From assembly GCA_037379345.1 (NCBI GenBank), contig CM074515.1, positions 12,090,001 to 12,154,000 of the forward strand: DNA of 64,000 bases, in the 5' to 3' direction. This DNA is from Perna viridis. Its lineage: Eukaryota. Positions within the stretch are counted from its first letter, which is position 1. Every line of letters begins with the position of its first letter. Shown piece by piece: positions 54,014 through 64,000 of this stretch. A program made the translations under genes and the position numbers. A model generated the notes under the pieces. The model was not told the DNA's origin and ran no database searches. It saw only the letters and a list, made by a program, of their open reading frames with translations.

Positions 54014-56696
54014 CTTTGCCATTACTTGAAGGATGGGTTTTCATGAAATAAAAAAAAAATAACAATACAATACCACAGAGGAGCAAATTTTTGCATGATT
54101 ATGGTAAGATATTTCATAGTGGGAATTTTTGGTAGGGATAGAGCCAATTCATTACAATTGCTACAAGCAACATTGTGCTGACTGAGACACGATTACATTG
54201 TTTGGAGAAATATTCAAGTTTGTCGATCGTTATGGCCTCTTTCTCTTATACTTTAAAACAACCAGCCTGAGGATGCACTTATCGAATACTACTGATAATT
54301 AAATCGACAGTATATCTATATATCGCAGGCAGAAACCTACCCAAGTTAAATATCTCCCATTTCATGGCGATTTTCGTCCGTCGGGGAGGAAATGGCTACG
54401 ATAGGCCGTTGTTGGTTCTGATACGGAAAATGATCGAATATGAACGACATTCACGTGTTGATAATATTTGTCTGGTGAAAGGTGCTTTCTACGTGTATGG
54501 TGAACAGGAAACGACAAGTGTAAATCGTGCCGTTTGCTTGACAGATTTGTAAAACGATGATTTCTTTGGATGAATAAGTTGTGAAAAACTCATATATTGG
54601 TGGTAAACTGTGGTGCCCTGATGACATTTCGTGGTATAAAATTGGATCATGCGTTTTAATTTTATGGTAAGTGTTTCTAGTTTTCTAGAAAGTAAAAAAA
54701 ATATTTTCCTCCGAAGTCGCATATAGAAGTGATCCCCTTAAACTTAAAATTTTGCTTGAAGACACAACACACGTACATTATTAAATAAACAAAAAGGGTC
54801 AAAGGTTGTAATATAGAACGCACATGTACATTTACTGTCCTATAGCTCCATTCTTGATTTCAATCGTCGTACGGCAATCGTATCTTAAAATCATTCAAGA
54901 TTAAAGTAGAATATGATGATTGCTAATGAAGGATTCTTACATACTCACAAGATGACAAGTTATGATTTTGTCATTTTTGGAATAGGTTCTGTGCAATTTT
55001 TATGCTAAGACGCTATATATGTTATATTCCGAGCAAATGACAATCAGAAATCTAGTTAAAATTCGTCACAAGGTTTTGTTATTTGACACCATGTTTAATT
55101 TGAGAAGGGCCAGCTCGCTATTAAACTAAATATAATATTTAAAAGTTTATTTTTGAAGTAGAATTTTCTTAAAGTGCATCCACACACCACAGTCACTTCT
55201 TTCCATCTTTGATTTGGCTGTATTATCCACATATACCCAGGGTACATGTACAAATGTAAGTGGATAGTAATAGAAACAGGTGCATGCGACGCGTACCTCT
55301 AATTTATTCATTATGTAACAAATATGATTAGCAATTGAAAATGATTTTTACCAGTTCCTTAGTACTTCTTAAATATTAAACATAGCACATGTACACTGCA
55401 ACAACTGACAAGTATTCTTTTCAGGTTTACAAGTAGTAAATTTCTCTATTTCCTTAATGTTACATTTATTTAGTATTTTCCTTGTGTTCCGTAATAGGAT
55501 ATTCGTATCTATTATCTTGGTAGCATTTATATTTAGCTATACCTGTACATGTATGTATTCATCACATATACACATATATATTGACTGTAACTATTAACTA
55601 TTGTAACTAAATATACATACATTGTACATGTGTATATTATTGTCATAAAAACAGTCACTGAGACAGTACTACTATATAATGCAGTTGTTATTTTACAGGG
55701 AAAGTACAGATAAGTGTGATAGAACAGCTTATGTCGGATTGGATCAACATGAGTTTATACCTAGATGAACAGCAACAGAAGGAACACATTTATCAAATAT
55801 GTGAAGAAGTCAAGAACTGTTTAGAACAAAAAATGTTTAAAAAAACGAAATAAATTCAATATTTAATTATCACATCGTTACTAATATAATTCCCACTATG
55901 ATCATGTTTACTTTTAATTAGAGACAGTGTGATTGTTACACAAACATAAGAAATTCGGGACTGAAAGGAAAGGAATTAAGAGAAGAACGTATGTAATTTG
56001 CATATTTTGACGGAGAGAAAAAAAATGCGAACGGAAACGTTTTAAATAAAAGCCATGTTCAACACCTCAAAAGCAAGAGTTAATCAAATTTTCAGATTTT
56101 CGCGAATAAAACTCCTAGTAACTAGCTATATAGAGTGAAAGTGTACTCAAATGGTATTTGAGTTAATATCACTTGTAACATGAATCTTCTTTTTTCCTTT
56201 GATCTTTTCATGGAATAACATAGAGACGACAAGCATGTACCAAAATGTATGCTCTAAATTGAAGCAACCAAATAATATTGCATGAAAGGTCACATGGGCC
56301 TATATAATGCAATGAGGAAACAGCCATGAAATAACCAAAACACTAAAACCAATATTGCATGGGTAAGCTCCGCCTCTTTGGGAAAAGATTACGCCTACAA
56401 AAAAGCACACATACAAATGTCAATTTTATTAGGTTTCATATAATAAAATACAAATCTTTAAATCTCTGCAGGTTTTCTTTGCCAGACAGAGAACAAAAAA
56501 TATAATGTTCTATTGTTGCCGACGCATCTGCTAATGATATATCTTCCTCGACATCTTGAAGAACCTGCAAAACAGTAAACAATCGTTTTAAAAAAATGAA
56601 ATATCTATATTTCCAAAAATTAAGGGCCAATATAGGGCATATAAATGACATCACATCGGAGAAAAATTTTACCGATTTCCGATCAAAAGCACGGGT

Positions 56697-56917
56697 ATTT
56701 TGGGCATGGACCCCCCCCTTTTTTGGGTCCCAAGGTAAAACAATAAAATCTTTTCACTTGCGGAACGTGTGGATAGTAGAAAAGGTATTGTAATCGACTG
56801 GTTATGGAGTTTTGAGACTTGTTATATGCCTACATATTGTAGAAAATTGTAAATATGGAAAAATAAATAGATTTTTTTTACATTTTGGCCAAAAAAAGGG
56901 GGTCCATGCCCCGAATA
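56697..56917. repeat. Inverted repeat pair inside an unclassified interspersed element
   Basis: tattttgggcatggaccccccctttttt vs aaaaaaagggggtccatgccccgaata. Confidence 0.55.
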
Positions 56918-59005
56918 GTTGTGTTTAAAAGCCTTCAAAAAGACAAATAGCGTAAATCAGTCTAATTCAATTAAAAAATACACACCTGAGAGAGAACCAA
57001 ATCATCGCTTTCTACATTTTCAATGTCAAGCCAAAAATTCTGTAATTATTACAGCTAGAAAAAAAATCCAAATTTGGCATGTTGGTAGATACACGTTTGA
57101 CGGACTCGTATATTTTTACCTGATTTTTATGTGATCAAACACAAAGCGTGATCCAATTATGATTGAAGGTACCACCACTCAAAATCATTTCAATTAAGGA
57201 TCGAGGGTTTATCCTAGTATTATTTGATACTGTTTTTGTTGATAATTTAATGTTTACTAATAATATTCCTAACTTAAATTGAAAATAATAACTTTTTTGT
57301 CTAAAAGTAACTTTTAAAGTCATTAGAAACGGCAATAAACAACAGGATTCACTTTTCCGCCTCAACTAAACGAGAACGCGAGTTCTATTATTCTCGTCGA
57401 GGTTTCTGTCTGATCGTACACCCGAAAATATCACCTGAGTTCTATATCATAAACCAGGAACTAATTTTTGTTCCGACATAGAAAATAAAGGACGGGATGA
57501 CAACGGTAGGTGAACTGACAATTTAACCCAAATTATCAGTGTATACAGAAGGTACATGTATATTAAATGGGAATTTGAAGGCTTCCTTTCATTTTTTTCT
57601 GTGATATTATAAAAAAGTAAGAGAAATTGCACGAATAAAGATGTATTTAGGGTTATGATACAATTTATATTACAATTTGTACCTTAACATTCAGAACGGA
57701 AAACCAGTATGCGTGGGCATACATGCAGGTAAGTATCCTGATGACTATTGTTTAGTTTGTGCATTGCTCACGTATACTGGTAGTGTGCTACGTCAATACC
57801 GAATTAAATTGTGCACAAAATATATTTAATGTACGCATTATAGGTGGGTTCAAGGCGATGGCGGGGTGCCCCTTTGTTTGAAAAAAAATGGTTGGGGTGC
57901 CCTTTTTTGTTTGAAAAGTTTGCTTGATTATATCGAAAAAAGTGGAAATCACTGGAGGCCCTACTCCTTTAGTTAGTCAGCAGCCCATCCCCTCTTTATA
58001 GAATTTCTGTATCCGCCATTGTCATATTATGTGCTGAATGAATCTAATAACAAAATATTACCTTAGTAAGCATTACTTAAACTTGGCTTGTTGGAATTCT
58101 GTGTGGAGAGGGTTTAGTATGTAGTATGTTGATGTTGGTACAGGCACGAAACCAGACATGTTTTTCTGCTCTTTTAATCCATATGATAGGACCTTTGAAA
58201 TATGAACATGCATATTTACATGATACAAATAGAAATTGCGTTTTTTTTTTATTTTAGGAGAGTCAGCAACGGTCAGTTGTATGTCAGCGTCACATGAAGT
58301 AAAGACGGTAATTGAAATTTGAAACGCCAGCATTGTCATATCATTTGCAATGTAATTATATGCTATTAGTTTAAACAACTACATGTACATACAAAACAGT
58401 CATATATCATATACTAATGTATAGGAAGATTCTTTCTTAAAACATAAATGTATGTAAACTATACACATATACCCAAAATAAGTGCCACAAACCGTCATGG
58501 ACATTATTACGGACCCAGTCAAATGATTTGAGAACAAATCTTGGTAAGGATCAGGCAAAATGGGAAAACATTTTGAAATATGAATGTCAAAACCCCACAG
58601 GTCTAACACTGAAATAATTCTTCTCTTTTAGGAATTTGATCCCTGCATCACTGGGGCTATTTGACATTTTTCATTGGAATGTTAAAAAAAAAGGGTTTTT
58701 GATAGAGTTCATGGAGTTGTCTGTCTATAAAATGTACAATGACTATATAAGGGTTTCGTATATTTCGTTTAGTCCAAGCTGACATAAAGAAACAAATATT
58801 TTTTGTTATTTAAGCAAAGCGGACATAGACCCGGGCGATAGCTATTGGTTTACCATTCGACAAAAGAGTCATTGGCAACTGGTAACAACAAAATAAAGGA
58901 ACGGCGAAATAAAGACCAACGGTAAAAGACAGAGACAACAATCATATAAAGATGATCACAAAAATGGTTTACATTGTAGCAATATTCGTAGGGAAAAATC
59001 CGAAA

Positions 59006-59111
59006 ATTCTGAAAAGGTCATCTGAACAGATAGTAGAGTAGAGTGTTGTTAGATAACCGAGGATTCTGAAAAGTTCATCTGAAAAGACAGTAGAGTGGAG
59101 TGTTGTTAGAT
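59006..59111. repeat. 57-bp period tandem duplication upstream of the ATG
   Basis: attctgaaaag.tcatctgaa.aga.agtagagt.gagtgttgttagat occurs twice. Confidence 0.85.
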
Positions 59112-59222
59112 CTTACAATCAGTGACTAACTGGAACAATTGAAAGGTCTAATTTTAATTAGATTGCTCATGTATTAACAACGTATCAGACATACTTGTTA
59201 TGCAAAGACAAGCAACTTAATC

Positions 59223-59655
59223 ATGGCAGAGTCGTATGAACCAACTGAAGAGGAGCTACCTTACGCGGTGTTAGAATGTTCAAATAACTACCCACCACTG
59301 CCACCACGATTGTTGACGATACCCAAAGAGTTTCACCGATCACAGACCAGTTTAGTAAGCTCTCTATCTATTTCAACCTACCAGAATGAAAGAAGATCTA
59401 GCTTGGAAAACAACAAATCTAGATCTTCATTCACATTGAATAATACTGCTATTAACTCCGTTGAAAACTTTATCCGGCAGCCTAGGGACATTTTTAGGGT
59501 GCCTTCAGAAATGTTGTTGTCGCCAGAAATACAATTTGAAAGAACCAAGAATGCTGTTACAGAAAATGCGTTTATGTTAAGCAAAACAATGCATGTATAT
59601 TCGGAAACATTCAATCGAGGTGTGTTCGTGAAGGCGGAACTCAACACGTCTACTG
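59223..59655 (+). CDS. Kinase-like gene, coding exon 1 (Pro/Ser-rich N-terminus)
   Basis: ATG with G at +4, open frame, donor G|gtaagt in phase 1 matching the next acceptor. Confidence 0.7.
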
Positions 59656-60094
59656 GTAAGTTTACACGGAAACAATCACTAGTGTGATAAAGTTTTCAAG
59701 TAAAATTTAGCATATCATAAAAAAAAACAGAATGCACCTTTTCCTAAAATATTTAAAATTCATAAGCTAAGTTTGTATAAGTAATTAAGGTGTAACAGAT
59801 GTGTGTTAAGTACATCAAAGTATAAGTGATAGAGATGTGTAGAAACCAGTCATAATACGCTATGATCAACGAAGCATATACTAGTAATAGTAAATAATAG
59901 ACAGTGCAGACCAATACTGTGAATAACAGTTCTGAATTTCAACATCTAAACACACAATAACCGAATCATTTTATAATACTTTACATACTACTAGCATTTA
60001 AAGCTGTAACTTGCTTATGATGGTATAAAATACTATGATTTTAGTCTGTATAACTTCTATGCTCCGCCTTTGTTGTTTTCTCGTTTTTGTTGAT

Positions 60095-60872
60095 TTCTAG
60101 ATCCTTTGGTCTCAGTCTTCGGTATGTAGATGACATTTTGTCTTGAAACATTTATAGTTTCGGGGATTTTATAAATAGTATCTAGTCCAAAGAACTTAAC
60201 ACTACAGACACTGTGAAATCAGCCTTATATCTTGACCTACTCATGACTCTACGAAATTGATGGAAAAGGAAAAATCATGACCAAACTAGCTATATGACAA
60301 ACACGATGACTTCCCATTCCTTATTGTCAACTTTCCTTTCCTATATGGCAACATCTCTTCAGCACCTGCGCATGAATTTTTTATATATTGCATACGTTAT
60401 GCCAAAGCTTTTTGAAACTATGCCGACTTTTTGTACTTTGCTAGAATTCTTACAGCCAGGCTTTTGGAACAGGGTTATATGTTTATGCATGATTAAATTC
60501 ATCTCTACAGAAGTTTTATGGTCGTCACAATGAACTCGTGGGTCGTTATGGTGTATATATCTGCACCATGATAACCAATTTGTTCACCTTGTTATAGTTT
60601 TGCTTTCCTTTTCCATCTACCCAGGACGCGACATTTCATGGGCAACTCGGGGGGGGGGATGGTGAAGCTTGCATAATGTACCTAATTGGTGCACCTCATA
60701 ATGCTTTCAGTTTTTAGTGGAGTCCAGGTTATTGATTTAATTATGTTTCTTTGTACGTTTAATTTTGGCTATTTTCTGTTCTTTGCTGTGTGTGCTTATT
60801 TCCCTGTCTAGTCTTTATCCTTGAAATATATTTTTTTATTACTGCTCGAACCTTGGTTCCTTGATAACTCTA
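60095..60872 (+). mobile_element. Penelope-like element RT fragment with 3' tail, in an intron
   Basis: LRYVDDILS, TTDTVKSALYLDL, YDKHDDFPFLIVNFPFL.GNI..APA and KFYGRHNELVGRYG, with stops and frameshifts. Confidence 0.85.
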
Positions 60873-61033
60873 TACATGTATGAAATAGGTGTAGTCCGGG
60901 AATTGGTCCTTTTTTGTAGGATTTTTTTTTGCAAAAATGAGCAAATTATAGCCTGGAACCTATTTTATAACTTTCTGCATCGGACGCCCCTTTTTATTAA
61001 TTCTTGATTGTATCGTGGTAATTTCTTCTTCAG

Positions 61034-61635
61034 GTGTTTTGATGAGCAGCTACAATAACTTGGAACAACTAGTGGAAATATACAATAATAATGACGACAT
61101 AGAAAATGTCGAAAGATCTGAAATAGAAAAACATATTGTAACATCGATCCTCGTAAAATTAAGACAAGAGAGGAATATATATGGTATGTCTCAACTGCTC
61201 CATCTTTCAAGCAATATTTTGAGGCCTATCATAGAATCTGCGATACTGGAAGCGACTCTGGAAATGCAACGAAAAGAAATATTCACGATACTAGAAATAT
61301 GGCTATTGCTGGATGTCCTCTGCATGCTCCGTACCGATTGTTCTCACTCGTCCAACATCTTGTTATCTGTACTTAACTTGCTGTCGGAATTATTTATGAG
61401 AAAAAACAGGGAAGAATTCTGTCAAAATTGTGAAAAGTTACAGAGTAATCTCAAAGGAAAAAGACGAAATGCACACGTAACTGTTGTTAAGGATTTTGTG
61501 CATAACTTAAATAAATACGGCGACTTGTATCTTTCTGAATATAGTTCTGAAGTTGAAATAGAAAAACGGAAACGATTGTTTGATAAAATGACATTCAGCC
61601 AGAAGTATGTTCTTATTTACACTGTACTGAATAGA
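61034..61635 (+). CDS. Kinase-like gene, exon 2 (Leu-rich, probably helical)
   Basis: Acceptor ttcttcttcag in phase 1, open frame, donor AGA|gtaagt in phase 0. Confidence 0.8.
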
Positions 61636-62219
61636 GTAAGTTGTCCGCCAGTAGCTTTGAAATGTCGTGTGCAGTTTTATTTTAAAAAAGGAGAGCCATC
61701 TCGCAAAATTAAGGCTTGAATATACATGTATAGTTTACATTTGATGAGATGGTTCTTACAGGATTTTTTTTATTTAAAAGATATCTTTGTCTCTGTTACC
61801 CTATATTGATTTAAAATATTTTTTCTGACCCGCTAATTTCGAAATTCTTATGTAAGCAAAGTCATTTCAATATCTAGTTACAAATTATTTCTGTTGTCTA
61901 ACTGGGTACCAGATGAAGTGAAAGTTATTTGTCAGATCTTGCTATTGTACTTTCGATCTGATTTATGGACCCATGAAGTTGTACTCATTATAAAGCATGG
62001 GATGGACCTTTATATTCGTATAGTCATAGTGGTGTCTTTTTTTTAACCCTCCATATAAGTGTGGTAAACTGCTTTTTTACTGTTTGAAATTGAATTCCTG
62101 TCTTTATTTCTACTGTCGACAGTTGTTCATTCTTATGTTTGGTAGACGATGTATTTTGCAAAATTTACATATAGTACTTCAATTGGGAATCTTGGCGAAT
62201 CATGATATTTATATATTAA

Positions 62220-62519
62220 TAGGACGTCCACGCAAAAACCAGACAGTGGGTGGCACATGACAAATTTTGTTTTAAGACAAATTCATCTATTTCATATCGC
62301 AAATGCATTCTTGTTTTTTTTTTAAGAAGAGAAATATATTAGATAGAAGGGAACTGTAAAATTGTTTTCTGTGCCATCTATTGTTGATTTAAATTTTTTT
62401 TTATACTATTGGACATTCATAGGACATAAACATTACATTGGAACAAAAAATTCAGTGGGATAAAATTTATCCTGTTCCACCCATATTAGGATCTGCCTGA
62501 TTTTTATATGGACATCCTC
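62220..62519. mobile_element. TTAA-flanked MITE in an intron
   Basis: TIRs aggacgtccacgcaaaaaccagacag vs ctgcctgatttttatatggacatcct; ttaa on both sides. Confidence 0.7.
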
Positions 62520-62596
62520 TTAAATGTTTAACAGAAAGGACTGGTAATGGAATCTTTGCGATACAGCTCTTTAATGACAGTGATTTTCGTCTACAG

Positions 62597-62753
62597 ATAA
62601 TTACGTCCAACGAATGTGACTGCAGTGAACAGTTAATGGAAATCATACCGTTGCTTAATAGTTGGAAAACAAAAAGGAAATCAGGAGAAGTCCTCTACAA
62701 AGATCTAATGATTCGATTGGTTACAACTGCCTTATGCCGTCTTTTAGCCAATG
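62597..62753 (+). CDS. Kinase-like gene, exon 3 (IITSNECDC...LCRLLAN)
   Basis: Acceptor ttttcgtctacag in phase 0, 52 open codons, donor G|gtaatt in phase 1; phases match both neighbours. Confidence 0.8.
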
Positions 62754-63081
62754 GTAATTTGAATACAGTGCATTTTCTTACCTCAACAAAATTGAAATAA
62801 GGTTCAGTTCAGTGTAAGATTTGCCACACAAATTCTATATTTTATTCGTCATCATATATATTTATGTTCTTACAAAAACAAATATCTTTTAAGTCAGATT
62901 TTTTCAGTTCCTTCATTTCTCTATTTGGAAGTCGTATGACTTTTTCGATATCTGCTATTCAATTCTGGTCAAATTATTAATGTTCCTTGCTTTTTGATAT
63001 ACACTCTGCTTTCTTAATAATTAGGTACCAAAAACTTACTTTTATTTCTAAAATTAAACATTAATATGCATGTCGTTACAG

Positions 63082-63864
63082 AAAATTTTATTGACCTTCA
63101 TCCAGAGAGTTTCCTTTGCCAACTGCTAGACGCCTTCGACACGATTTTCATTAACACAAATGTATCTCAGGAGACTAGACTATCTCTTATGGAATTACTG
63201 GAACCATTACTGTTAGTTAGCAACCGTGAGGTAGTTATCAGGATTCTGGCTGTTTTTAGAAAGAACTGCAGCGAGTCAGTTCAAGTGGCAAAGCTAATTA
63301 ACAGCTATGTCAAACAAGAAATACTGCATACTGATATTCAAGTGCGACCTATCAAATGTTTGAACGACGAGGTTCCAACTTGGAAGACTTCAGAAGGGTA
63401 TAATGTATCCAACAGAAGGAGTGTTACACTCAATTGTCTTGTCCCATCTTTGCATTGCCTTGCAAGTAAAAATGAGCCTGGTAAAAATTGTCAATCTGAT
63501 CATCATCACTGTCTAGAAGTGCTCCGCCATCTACAGGACACGACTACTCATTGTTCAATATTACAGCTTTTTGCTTATCAAGTTACACCAAAACCTGTCT
63601 TTTACATTACAGAGAAAGTTTCAACTTTGACACTTAACGAATTTCTCTTGACAAAACGTAAATCATCTAAATGGTTACCGACGAAAGACCTGCTCACTAT
63701 TGCGCTCGAGGCCACCGACGCCGTTGAGTATTTACAGTTGAAGTCTGTTGTTCATCGTGATATTACTACACACTCGTTCAGGGTATGTGATAGAGGGTCA
63801 AGATTAGTGCTTCATGACTTTTCCTTGGCGCTTATCTTTGAGAATGGACAGCAGGAAATGAAAA
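63082..63864 (+). CDS. Kinase-like gene, exon 4: N-terminal part of a TK/TKL-like (pseudo)kinase domain; gene probably continues past the window
   Basis: H..ILQLFAY, FYITE, L.EFL, IALEATDAVEYL, VVHRDITTHS and LHDFSLA; acceptor in phase 1; donor A|gtaagt. Confidence 0.85.
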
Positions 63865-64000
63865 GTAAGTGTTCAAGATGATTTTTTTGTCGCATTTAAA
63901 TGTTGATTTTGTAAACATACATCCTCATTAATTTACAGAAATCATTCTTAATGTCAACTATTGTGAATAAAATAATTTGCTAGAGATTTTGTGGGTACCG

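Noticed and set aside
54364-55853. Possible small gene: 62-aa ORF at 54364 and an acceptor-led ~50-codon exon at about 55699-55853
   Set aside because: Could not be joined into a stop-free, phase-consistent model; may be a pseudogene fragment.

Overview
AT-rich eukaryotic animal DNA; the repeat families suggest a bivalve mollusc, probably Mytilus-like (inference). No rRNA, tRNA or CRISPR features were found. The window has three zones. (1) Positions 1 to about 38,400 are CpG-poor, intron-like sequence filled with minisatellites, MITEs, hairpin elements and a CR1 fragment, plus one candidate minus-strand first exon. (2) Positions 39,205-52,204 are a decayed BEL/Pao LTR retrotransposon with a tRNA-His PBS and a truncated 3' LTR. 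Four younger elements interrupt it, each with an exact target-site duplication: a SINE (13 bp), a MITE (6 bp), a full-length hAT transposon (5 bp) and a solo LTR (5 bp). (3) From 59,223 to the window end lies a spliced plus-strand gene encoding a helical region followed by a probable pseudokinase domain. The main finding is the intact 5.2-kb hAT element. It encodes a spliced protein of about 1,090 aa: N-terminal PCNA-binding PIP box, a herpesvirus-tegument-like (VTD/peptidase C76) deubiquitinase domain with Cys and Asp-x-His residues, an acidic repeat linker, then a TTF-zinc-finger/DDE hAT transposase.
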